This document shows positions 23,958 through 35,672 of a DNA stretch of 64,000 bases, piece after piece. Every line of letters starts with the position of its first letter. The stretch's first letter is position 1. The DNA comes from Sphyrna mokarran (Eukaryota): contig JAGIQG010000003.1 in NCBI GenBank assembly GCA_024679065.1, forward strand, positions 48,422,001-48,486,000, in the 5' to 3' direction. The position numbers were made by a program, and so were the translations under genes. A model generated the notes under the pieces. The model saw nothing but the letters and a program-made list of their open reading frames with translations. It did no database searches and was not told the DNA's origin.

Positions 23958-24205
23958 AACACAAGAATTAAGAGCATGAAAAGGCCATTCCACCCTACAA
24001 GCCTGCTCCACCTTTCAGTTTGATCATAGCTGACCTGATCATGGCCTCAACTGCACTTCCCGGTCTGTCTCCCGTAACCCATTACTCCATTTTTCATCAA
24101 AAATATATCTAACTCAGCCTTCAATATGTTCAATAATTATGACTCCACCATGCTGGGTAGGTGAATTGCACAGACCAAATAATCCTCAGAGAAAAAAAGT
24201 CTCCT
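23958..24205 (-). mobile_element. CR1/HER1 LINE 3' end
   Basis: AACACAAGAATTAAGAGCATGAAAAGGCCATTCCACCCTACAAGCCTGCTCCACCTTTCAG...TAACTCAGCCTTCAATATGTTCAAT. Confidence 0.8.
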
Positions 24206-26330
24206 ATTCTTCCCTCTGATTCTTCCGCGTTCTGCCAGAGCCAGCTTTGCCTTCCACAGTTCAAACTCCAGTCTCCATCTCCATAGCAATGTCAGACCAA
24301 AGGAGCATTCCTTGCTGCAAAAGTTCCATAGCGCCTATCCAACACTGTATACAGGAATGTCATTCAAGTTCTGCCAAGCTCTGAGACCATTCTCTCTAGT
24401 TCTTGAAGGTAAGGATATACCAAATACAATCAAACCACAGGGCGTCCCATGTGCAGTTAAATCCTATTCCCAACATTTTATATTACAAAATACAATGTCT
24501 TATGTTTAAACCAGCCATGGCCATGTTACACTAGGGCTGCAATCACCAGTGTTCTCTGGCACTTTTCTTGCCGGAGCACACACTGACACTTGGAGGGCAC
24601 TCCTCACCTGCATATGGGTAGCAGCTCCCTACTCAACTGCGGGCAAATCTGAGACACACATCATGTCAAAAGATGGAAACTCTGGCACCAATTTCTTCAG
24701 AGCCTTAGGTTCCAATCTTGGTTTGACTGCCAGGTGAGGCCTACCTGTTCCCTTCTGGGGACTGTCAGCATGTTTCATCTGACTTGCTGCACTGGCCTGA
24801 ATTTGTGTGTCCCCATTGCAAAGGAAACTGGAACTCAATGCAGGAAATCAATAATTCGGACGGTGACCCTGTTAACAGTGCAAAAGCTACACTGGTGTAA
24901 GACTCAGACATAGTTCTCAGCAGCGTCTCCAGGCATTTCATTGGACAACCAAAGCTACTATAATGATCACACAAATTTGAGTCTAACACATATATTTTCA
25001 ATTCATATAGCTTGTACACCATCATCCTATGTATTATTAACTTTGAAGATGTAATAGTAAAGATAAAATAACAAATATTAATACACCCATACACACTCAA
25101 GACCATTCACTTTAGTTTTCATCAAATACAGAACAGGGTTGTAGAATGAAGAGTCCAAATTCCTGCAATGACAATAACTAAAAATGGAATAATTTGTTTC
25201 TTCCCTCTAAATGAAATAGCCAGACATCATCCCCTGCATAGCAAGTGTTCTAAAACACTGAGAAACAATATTGGCATATATGTTGATTTAAAATTTACAC
25301 CGAACAGAATATGCAAATATTAAGCCACAAAAAACAGCATTGTGTCAACAGTAAACTTTTAGATTGAATCAGCAAACATCTTTTTCAGAACTATCTTCCA
25401 AAATGAGAAGTCACTTCTAAAATCCTGAACAAACTTCAAAATAAACTTTAAGCAACAAGAAATTTCTAAATCATTATATTATTCCTGATTGGTTAAGAGT
25501 GACAGTTACAAGTGCAAGAAACAGACTCAAAAGACTGAGGCCTGTGTCTTAATCTGAGGCAACAAAGGGAGCACACAGCCCCAAGTGTGATTGGCTGGAT
25601 CTTATGCTGCTAGGCAACCCTCATACTCTGTCTCAATATTTTGTGGGGTCAAAATGTGCTTTTCCTATTTACCCAGACTGGTAGTCGAATGATTTTTTTT
25701 CGTTGTTTGGCCACAGTGAACCCAGGGACTTTCAGCACCATTGTGGTGTACAAGAATGTTCAAACACTTGTTGAGGGAGCACACAAGGTATCTGAGTGCT
25801 GTCTCTGAACTATCTTGCATATTCAGAACCATTCATCCAACAACACACAGCGCTATAACAAATTAGGGATTCCCAACGTTATACTCTCAATTTACACGGA
25901 ACTCCCTGAACAAAACATTAGAAAATTATATGAGAGGTACAATGTTGAATGATTTCTGAAACATTGTGACCAGGAAGCCAGAAAATTAAGCAGAGGAGAT
26001 TTGAAACCTATGGTTGTGCTGAATTGTAGCATTTAATCATTTCAAATATCAATTCTTCTGTGAGAAAAGATCCATAGAATTTAATACTTTCTGAAGTATG
26101 AATATTTTACAATTTCATTAGGGCACTGAGGGAAATTTAAAATGATTTTCACTCCAGGTAAAGCATTGTGAGATAGTGAGCTTGATTCACATGGTTTTAA
26201 GTTCAGGATGGGAGTTGCATTTGCTTATGCAATTTGTTATCAACCTGGTTGCCTCAGAAGGGCCAGCAGTGGTAAAACCACAGGTCACTGCAACTGGGAA
26301 GAAAACATATGGACTTATGCCATTTGATTT

Positions 26331-26608
26331 AAGAACATTAGAACATAAGAAGTAGGAGCAGGAGTAGGCCATCCAGCCTCTCGAGCCTGCCCTGCCATTC
26401 AATAAGATTATGGCTGATCTATAGTGGTTCAGTACCACTTTCCCGCTTTCTCCCTGTAACCCTTCATTCCCTTGTCAATCAAAAACCTATCCACTCTTGA
26501 CTCGAACATAATCAGCGAGGAAGCCTCCACCACCTCATCAGGCAGAGAATTCCAAAGATTCACCACCCTTTGCGTGAAGAAACTCCTCTGCAACTCTGAT
26601 CTGAACCA

Positions 26609-26639
<31 letters not shown>

Positions 26640-27057
26640 GTCTTGAGGCTGTGCCGTCTAATCCTGCTATCTTTGCTAAGCAGGAATCTACCCTATCCAT
26701 CCCTTTCATTATCTTATATGTCTCTATAAGATCCCCTCTCAGCATTCTAAACTCCAAAGAGTACAAACCTAGTCTATTCAGTCTCTCCTCATAATCCAAT
26801 GTCCTCATCTCCGGTATCAGCCTAGTGAACCTTCTCTGCACCCCCTCCAAGGCCAATATATCCTTCCTCGAATGCGGCGACCAAAACTGCACACAGTACT
26901 CCAGCTGCATCCTCACCAGTACCCTACACAGCTGCAACAGTACCTCCCTACTTTTACATTCTATCCCCCTAGCTATAAAGGCCAACATTGCATTCGCCTT
27001 CTTAATCACCTGCTGCACCTGCATACTGTGTTTTTGAGATTCGTGCACAATGACCCC
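26331..27057 (-). mobile_element. CR1/HER1 LINE 3' portion (ORF2 C-terminus) with internal deletion and poly-C run
   Basis: ORF 26560-27048 reads VQQVIKKANAMLAFIARGIECKSREVLLQLCRVLVRMQLEYCVQFWSPHSRKDILALEGVQRRFTRLIP...RGDLIETYKIM; tail AGAACATAAGAAGTAGGAGCAGGAGTAGGCCATCCAGCC. Confidence 0.95.
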
Positions 27058-27364
27058 CTCTTTTAAAACATCCTGTTAAAAGAGCCACACATTAAGCAGT
27101 GAGAAAGAGCAACAGTAGTCAACAGAGGATCTGCAATGGGCAGTGAAGCACAGTCACTCTAAGAGGAGTTTCCAAGATTTTCTGATCCATCTATTGATAC
27201 ATTACTAACAGAAATCAGGAAGAAGAGGAACAATTTCTCGGGGACTGAGAACAGGAAATCACATACAAAGTTTGCCTGCTAATGAGAAGGTATACTCATG
27301 GAAGAATAAGAGAGGCAGTACCTGAAAGCAGTGTATTATTCACTCTGTATTTTATCTGGCCCTG

Positions 27365-27615
27365 AACAGAGTTTCCATATTCTCTGCATTACGAAGACTG
27401 CCCAATTCCACCTCTATAACATCATTTGCCTCAGCCCCTGTTTCATCTCATCTGTTGCCAAAAAGCTGACTGATGTATTTGCCATGTCTAGATTTAACTA
27501 TTACAATGCTATCCTGGCTAGTCTCTCTTCCTCCATGCTCTATACAGTTAAGTTGAATAATATATGCAACTCCTATCCTGCACTAAATGCCACTTATCCA
27601 TCACCCCTGTGCCTA
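27365..27615 (+). mobile_element. L2-type LINE fragment
   Basis: ITKTAQFHLYNIICLSPCFISSVAKKLTDVFAMSRFNYYNAILASL matches the L2 motif K.AYFHLRNIARL....AETLIHAFVTSRLDY.NALLAGL. Confidence 0.8.
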
Positions 27616-28315
27616 TCTAAAGAATGGAGCTGCTCAATCTCTTTATTTTTTAGTTTCTACTATGAAGTTTATAAAATATCAGATCTGTTTAAAAAAAAAC
27701 TTGTGTTACTGGATGAATAACAAAGTTCATCTGAGGAAATGTGGAACAACCCTGTGGTAATGCAATTAATGGATATTGCTATTTCCACAACTGAATACTT
27801 AATTGCTCTCTTGGTGGTTATAGACCTCAGGCTTGATTTTGAATGTTGCGAAAGTGAATGGGTTTCGAGTGAGTTAAAATTGGGCCCCAGGTCGTCATCC
27901 AGCAACTGGTATAATTTTGCTTTGGCTCCAGGGAAAAGCACAGTGCTCTGTGTCATTAATGGTCAGAGAAATTCAAGTAGGACTTTCTAGATTGAGATAC
28001 CCGAGAGAGTGAGTACTGACATGTAAGAAGCAGATGTTTTCTGTGATGTCTTATTCCAAAATTACATATTTATTCTCTGTCATACCCTCCTCTACATAAC
28101 ATAATCAGCCATCTCCTGCTCCTTAGTCCGATGTTTTATTTCCTTACGCTATTTCCCCAATTCACAAATGTACTTTCTCAAGCAATATCCATCAGCAATT
28201 GCAAAGCAAAAACCAGCAAAAGACCACTGTGAAGGCAAAGTTCCTTCATGCTTCAGTCATAATATCCAAAAAGTTTTCTCAATGCAGGGGCCAATTCTAG
28301 GTAGTCACCTAAAAA

Positions 28316-29095
28316 CCTAAGATAGGAGCAGGGGGAGACCACTTAGCCCTTCAAGCCTGCTCCGCCATTCATCATCATCCAACTCAATACTTAATCCTGC
28401 TTTCTCCCCATCATCTCTGATCTTATTCGGCCCACGTGCTGTATCCAGCCGCCTCTTGAATACATTCAATGTTTTAGTATCAACTACTTCTTGTGGTAAT
28501 GAATTCCACAGGTTCATCACTCTTTGGGTCAAGAAATGTCTCCTCGCCTCTATCCTAAATGGTCCCTGCATCCTCAAAATGTAACACCTGGTTCTATACA
28601 CCTCTACTATCAGGAACATTCTTCCTGTATCTACCCTGTCTAGTTCTGTTCGAATTTCATAAGTCTCCATGAGACCTTTCCTCATTGTCTCAATTCTAGT
28701 GAAAACAATCTTAACATAGTCAGGCAATCTCTCCTCATACATCAGTCACATCATCCTCAGAATCAGCCTGGTAAACCTTCACTGCATTCCCTCAAGAGCA
28801 AGAAATGTCAGCTATGCCCACCCACATATATGTGGGGGTGGCACAGTGGTTAGCACTGCCGCTTCATAGCAAAGGAGACCAAAACTACATGTAATACTCT
28901 AGGTGTGGCCTCACCAAGCCCTTGTATAATTACAATAACACATCCCTGCTCTTGTATGCAAAGCCTCTTGCAGTGAAGGCCAATACATCATTTGCCTTCT
29001 TTACTGCCTCCTGCACCTGCATACTTACCTTCAGTGACTGGTGCACAAGGACACCTAGGTCCTGCTGAATGCTCCTCTCTCCCAATTTACAATCA
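28316..29095 (-). mobile_element. CR1/HER1 LINE 3' portion interrupted by a short templated insertion
   Basis: ORF 28317-28742 reads LMETYEI...RRHFLTQRVMNLWNSLPQEVVD. LINE sequence resumes at 28872 (AAGGAGACCAAAACTAC) after an insert at 28806-28871. Confidence 0.9.
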
Positions 29096-29252
29096 CCTGC
29101 TGCTTATAAATCAATAAAATAGTGATAGTTCTCTCTGAGAGGTGAAGTTTGATATAAAGGATGGCCCAGCTGGAGTGCAGAAGATGGAGGGGATGACATC
29201 TCCTATGTGAGGATGACATAGGAGTGTCAGCTATGCCCACACACATATATGT

Positions 29253-29530
29253 GGAGACAGCGCAATAGCACAGTGGTTAGCACTGCTGCTTCACAACACC
29301 AAGTATGCAGGTTCAATTCCTGACTTGGGTCACTGTCTGTGTCGTGTTTGCATGTTCTCCCCGTGTCTGTGTGGGTTCCTTCTGGATAGTCTGGTTTCCT
29401 CCCACAGTCAGAAAGACGTGCTGGTTTGGTGCATTGACCTGAACAAGCGCTGGACTGTGGCGATTAGGAAAATTTCACAGTAATTTTATTGCAGTGTTAA
29501 GCCTGACTTATGACTAATAAATAAAACTTC
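29253..29530 (+). mobile_element. HE1-like V-SINE, alternative tail
   Basis: Head, V-domain and tail TTTCACAGTAATTTTATTGCAGTGTTAAGCCTGACTTATGACTAATAAATAAAAC. Confidence 0.88.
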
Positions 29531-32500
29531 CTTTTATATGTGGCATGGTGGACAACAAGAACAATGGACCAGCTTGTCAATTTACAGTTTTAGTCATCAT
29601 TCGTTGAACATAGAGGTGAAGTAAATCAGATTTTATGCTTTACAACCATGCAGAAACAAAAGTTTTTTGAAAAATCCAGCATAACTTTACTTACCAAAGT
29701 GCTGACACCAAACATCTTGCAATACTTAAATTTTAGAAAGTTTAAGACGTTATTTATTGGGAAAAAAACTTATATGTGAATAGGTTTGCTAGTTGTAATT
29801 ACACTCTACGTCTGTGAAAAACTCACCAGGCAATTAAGGAATGTATAGAAACCGGAGTTAAACTATTCCACTGAACTAGCTCGATCACTGTAAATGTACT
29901 TGAATGTTAAGACCTAATGTGGAACCATATCAAATTCCAAATCAGAAGCAGGAGTAACAGCATCAGCAAAAGAACCAGTGTCAAATTACATTTTGTATTT
30001 CATAACTTCATCAGCAGGGAACATGGGTGTCCCAATGGTGGCAGCAAATGGAGTAGGCTTGATCTTGTGTGTGACAGAAATGATATTGTTTTTGTCAGTT
30101 ACTATTAGTGTAACAGGAGGGCGCTGGCTACTTCTTATTTCTTCCTTCATTCGCTGAAAACACATCATACTGAAATTCAAGAATCATTAGTCAATTACAA
30201 ATTCTAAGTGAATCAGAATTTGAATAGCTGGTCATTTAAAAGAGTCTTCACTTGAGAATTATTTTCTCTTTGTTCAGGTGCGATGCCTCCCCGGGGAGGA
30301 AACAAATTAAATTGGAATGTAAGCACCTAGACCGAGTGCATGATCTTCTTTTAAAGGACTACTGGACTACTATGATACAATTAGTAATACTGGAAATACA
30401 TATCCAGTATATTTTAAATACAACTCTGCATTTTAAATAGTTTAATAGCCGTGTTCAATACTATTTGGCTATGAAACCTGTAATACCATTCCTCCAGTAA
30501 TGTCACTCTTTGCTTAAAATGTTCATTGAGTAGCATCCAATCAATTCAGCATCATATTTTTCTCAGTTGCAATAAACAAGTTAACCTATGAAAGAAAAAT
30601 ATGCCGATAGCTCCTCAGTTTTAAAGATTAACAACACAGTGGTTATAATGCACCAAAACTAGCTCATTAATTATTACCAACTACGCCTGACTCTTTTCTT
30701 ATTGCAGGCATTAATAATAACAAACACAATCTAATTTAGCACTAAATGTAATCACTCACTGAATGAAACGTTTTCACTGAATTCAATTATAAAATCGAAC
30801 AGAAATGTGTGTGGGGATATAATGTTTGTAGAGCTGATCAAGTGTGCGACTGAAATAAATAGTATATCATATCAAAGTACAGAGTATGCCCATAAATTTC
30901 AAGAAAATGGAAATGACCAATGGCAACTTTATGCACAACTGGATACCTGAGTGTCTAATTGCAACGGCTAAATTTAATTTTAATCAAGAAATTATAGTAA
31001 GAAAATAAGCACAAAATCATCTGAGAAAGAAATGCACTTTTAATACTGAGAAGGAAATGCATCAATGCAGTTTTAAAACAGGTGGTAAAATCAAGGGGGT
31101 TTGGAGGATTACAAACTGCAGGATAAAACTAACAAAAGATTGACTTAATTGATCCAAATTGTCCTACAAAACAAGCGTATGTTATCCAGTGACTTGGAAA
31201 CTATATCAGACATCAGAATTTTCCCTACAAATAAAACTAATTATATGAGATAATTAATTTTACATTTGTAACAAATTATGTCATAAGCCTGCTTCAGTGA
31301 TGTTTGTTAAAGATGCTTATTTAAGAAAAGAAAAACTGTCAAGTTACTTCAGCTACTATGTTCCTTTAACTGCAAATTGAAGTTTCAAAATATATTTGAG
31401 ATATCTTTTTAGTCATTTTCTTTCTGACTTACTTGCTTTTATTCAGACTTCCAAAAACATACAATAGTATATAAACAACTGGGACAGCACATCTCTTTAT
31501 GCAGTTTTTATTAGATTCAGTGCTTTTTGTTCAAGACATTCTCAGAACTTCACTATGACAACATTAGATCAAACTGCTTTAGTTATACAATAGTAATGGC
31601 CTTGCTACACAGTCTCTTCTGCATAGTATCTATTAAGAATGCAGTCTGCATTCAAGATAACTGTTAAAGTTTTCTGTATTTTTGCAACAATGGATGCCTA
31701 ACTTACTTGAACAGCTCAAAGATATCAACAGTGGCCTGACCTCAGATCACTGTCAAAAGAACAGAACTGAATAAGGTAGTAATACCATTTTAAAGGTTCT
31801 GCCAGTGTTTTCCCTTAAGGGCTTCATAGATACTGATCTATTTTTTATTGCAACATGCATCCTTCAACCAACAGAGTTTTAGTTTTAGTGTTAGATACTA
31901 GGAAGGTAAGATCTTGAGAGAAATTGCTGTCATACATTTAATATATCTTCCCTGTTCTCTCACTGGTTGATATTTATACTTTGTTTTATCTTAATATAAC
32001 TTGTCCTTTTTCAAGTAAAAGAATGGAGCCTTCCTATTGGAGTCAAAATGCACAAATACTGCATGATATCCTTCAGTTAGCAAAAGGACCTCAAATTAAC
32101 AGCTTGATCCATTCATAGAAATGCAAATAAAATAATACACTTTTAATTCACAGAAAAATCATGAATCCATTATATTACAAGTGTATTCCAAACTCAATAC
32201 TTTTCATGGATAATGCAATCGGGAAAACACAAACAAGTGATTCATGAATGGGTTGAAATCACATTATAACCTAAACAGTTTACAGTTGTATAAACTACAC
32301 AAACCCTAATCACCATTAGTAATAGTGCTCTGGACCTAATCATACAGTGATGAACACAGACACATGGAAATCATTGCAAGCAACAAAACTGATGTCATGC
32401 AGCCATGCCTAGAAATTAAAAACTAATTTTTAAAACCACTCCTCCCATGTGACAACTGTATGAAAAGTTTGGTTGTAATTTAGTTGCAGCAACTGAACTC

Positions 32501-32679
32501 CTTTTTTACATTAAGTTCACTATTTCCTCAAAGATGTCCAATATATTTATCAAACTGGACCTCACACTGAGAAAACTATGCCAACATCTTTGTTGGTGTA
32601 TTGTCACAGTACTTCAATGTTCCCTGCATCAAAATGCCTTCCAATAAGCTTCTGACCATACAACTGCATCTTCAATAAA

Positions 32680-33302
32680 ACTGCCTATTTCTATCTATAG
32701 AATTTGCTCCAGCCTCAGCTCATCTGCTGCAGAAACCCTCATTCATGTCTTTGTTATTCAAGGCTTGACTATCTTAATGCTGTACTGGTCAATGTTCAAT
32801 GTCTACCTTCTGTAAACTTGAGGTCATTCAAAATTCTGCTGTTCATGTCTTAACTCACACCAAATCCTGCTCACTCATAACTCTGCACTCTTTAACTAAC
32901 ATTGACTCCAAGAATACTTTGATTTTAAAATTCCATCCTTGTTTGCAAACTTTTCCATTTTGTTTCACCCATTTTTGCAATCTCCTGCAGCTCAACAACC
33001 TTCTAAGATATATATCCTCCTTCAAGATTGGCCTTTAAGCATCCTGGTTTTAATTGTTCCATCACTGATGGGCAGCCCTTTAACTGCCAAGGCCCTAAGC
33101 TCTAGAATACTCTCTTTAAACTACTCTCCTCTCTTACTTTCTTTCTTCTTTTAAAATGCCCCTTGCTTCACCAACCTTATATCACCTGTGCCAATATCTG
33201 TAAGTGATTCCGTCTCAAATGTTGTTTGATAACGCTCATGCAAAGTGCTTTCTGATATTTTGCTGCTTTAAAGTGCTACATAAATATGAGATGTTTGTGT
33301 TG
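32680..33302 (+). mobile_element. L2-type LINE 3' end
   Basis: CTGCTGCAGAAACCCTCATTCATGTCTTTGTT...AAACTTGAGGTCATTCAAAATTCTGCTG (AETLIH.F...KLEVIQNSA); tail TAAAGTGCTACATAAATATGAGATGTTTG. Confidence 0.85.
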
Positions 33303-33469
33303 TACAATTCACATTACTCTCCTCCTACACCTTTGTTTACTCGGTTTTGCAATTCCTATTCACATCATTATAGCAAAACTCATTCCCCCACATCTTACAT
33401 CTTAGATGAGGCTTAGAAATTATCCCATCACGACATGTCACTAGGATGTCACACTCTTCTCTCTTGGAG

Positions 33470-34560
33470 GGAATGAAATATGCAACTTGCAGCAGGAAGA
33501 CATGACCACAGGAGAATGAACTTGTTTGCATGTCTCCTCCTATGTGGAAGATGACATATTGGCCATAATGGCAGGAAGGGAGTTATGGATATGATGAAAG
33601 GTGACTCAGGAGAGGCTGCATCCTCATTTTCCATTCCGACTTGTTTCTCAATCTATACATGCTGTATGAAAATATGCAGCTGGTTTTGCCTGCCCACATC
33701 CAAAATTTCACTTTAAAAGCCAATCTTTGCCCCTCTTTTTCATTTCAAATTCTGAGAATGTAAATGCTCATCTCCAATTTTACCAGAAGTGGCCAGTCTT
33801 CCTCTAGATCCAGTCACAGTGGAGCCGATCCTAGCAAAGGCCTGCTCGCAGATTGATTACATGTAAACCTTAAAGGGCATATATTGCCAAACTGCCGCCA
33901 CAAATGTCCATGAGATAAGACAGAGAGTCAGGACACCAAAGGTGCTGCGCTATCCAGAACAATATCACATACTTGCCCTACTGCTGAGAACATGGATGCA
34001 GATTTCAAGGGCCCAGCTCCTGAAAGAAATCTGATATGCGTACACCAAGAAATCTCTGAGGCCTGCAAATGAGTTTGCACACAAAGACTCAAGAGTACGG
34101 AGGAGTGCAGCTCAAATTTCCACCAGGGATTTTCACAAAGCATGAGGATCATATTGTCCAACATGGAGTAAGTGATCCAACATGGGTTCATTATTATAGA
34201 GCCTCTGCTTCAATGGATTCTCAAACTGGAATCTGGAATCGCAGACAGCTGATATCTTGGCTCTGGTAGTCCATCTTACATCACTTTTGTACACTGTTTT
34301 CTGGGATATGAGGAGAGGTGCAGTTCCAAAAGAGTGGCCTTAGTTTCATAGAAGAGGCATTTCTTGTCGCTCTCATTTTAGTAGCTTGCCTCCTCCTCAG
34401 CAACCCATTCTGTCACCTTGCATCACCAAATAACCAACTGAGACAGACATGCTCAGCAACGCCAAGATATGGAAATCTATCAGTCAAATGCTGATGGTCT
34501 GTAGCTGCTCAAATGACCCAACACAGCTGGCTGAGGTGAGTTCAGATGTCTTCCATCTCT
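33470..34560 (+). pseudogene. Probable Harbinger Myb/SANT-like gene relic (exon 2 and C-terminal region)
   Basis: 33490-33580 reads QEDMTTGE*TCLHVSSYVEDDILAIMAG, parallel to 9190-9285. Downstream sequence is highly decayed. Confidence 0.45.
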
Positions 34561-34719
34561 AAAGCACAACTGCTGGTATTTTCTTCAGCAGAACACTAGG
34601 AGTATTAGCAAAGCACACAAGACACTGGATTTACTGAAGGAATACTGGTAATAGGAAGGACAATGGTGATGAGGATTGTGCAATTGTTGGTGTAATTGGG
34701 ATGGAAGGGACTATTAATG

Positions 34720-34910
34720 AGAAGTACTCCTGCAGGAACTGCTCTCTAAGAGTTCTATGCAGTGGTGGTTCTTGTGCTTCTATTTTTATTCCTATTTTTG
34801 CTGCTATTCTTCTCCTCCTCCTCTTCATCCTTCTGAACCCCTTGTTGCCCAGATAGTGGTAAGGGCTGATCACACCATTGTCACAAAGCTGCGCAGCATA
34901 CATCAGTCAA
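34720..34910 (-). pseudogene. Probable Harbinger (HARBI1-like) transposase C-terminal relic
   Basis: The minus strand gives a CML.. motif, a GAGGAGGAGGAGAAG acidic tract and RTLREQFLQEYFS, like the CCMLHN...EEEE...R..LI...F end of Harbinger transposases. It converges on the Myb relic at 33470. Confidence 0.5.
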
Positions 34911-35164
34911 GCACAAATATGAATAAATAGTGCATTAGGGCTGCAATGCAAAGCTCATCCCGAATCCTCTGCAGTACTTTGCTTTTGTTGCAGGATGAAT
35001 AAATCTTGACAGCTGCCATGAAACGTAATATAGCCTGCAGTTGCAAACACTTTTTTTGACAAACACTTGAGATTATATTTATGGTGAGATTATAATTACA
35101 AAATAGGGAAGATAGAAAGATACCTGTTTAATCAGTTAATAAACCACTATTAACAAATAATTGA

Positions 35165-35672
35165 AATTGGCATGTCAGTTATGACTCTCACCAATGTTTA
35201 CAGATGCACCATAAAAAGCATTCTTTCTGGTTGTATCACAGCTTAGTATGCCTTCTGCTTTGCCCAAGACAAAAGGTCATGAATGTAACCCAATCCATCA
35301 TGCAAACCAGCCTCCTATCTACTGCCTCGGTCTACATTCCTGCTGCCTCAGCAAAGCAGCCAGCATAATTAAGGACCCCATACACCCCGAACATTCTCTC
35401 TTCCACCATCTTCCGTCGGAAAAAAAGATACAGAAGTCTGAGGCCAAGTACTAACTGACACAAAAACAGCTTCTTCCCTGCTGCCATCAGATTTTTGAAT
35501 GGACATACCCTACAGTAACTTGATGTTTCTCTACTATCCTACCTAAAACAATAACACTACATTCTGCACTCTCAGAATTCGTGCTCTATGAATGGTATAC
35601 TTTGTATAGTGTGCAAGAAACAATACTTTTCACTGTATGCTAATACATGTGACAATAATAAATCAAATCAAA
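35165..35672 (+). mobile_element. Rex1/Babar-type LINE 3' end
   Basis: GMSVMTLTNVYRCTIKSILSGCITA*Y and CLSKAASIIKDPIHPEHSLFHHLPS match the Rex1 C-terminal motifs; tail ACATGTGACAATAATAAATCAAATCAAA. Confidence 0.85.

Noticed and set aside
26609-26637. 29-nt poly-C giving poly-Gly or poly-Pro in ORFs
   Set aside because: It is a homopolymer expansion or sequencing artefact inside a dead LINE, not a coding repeat.
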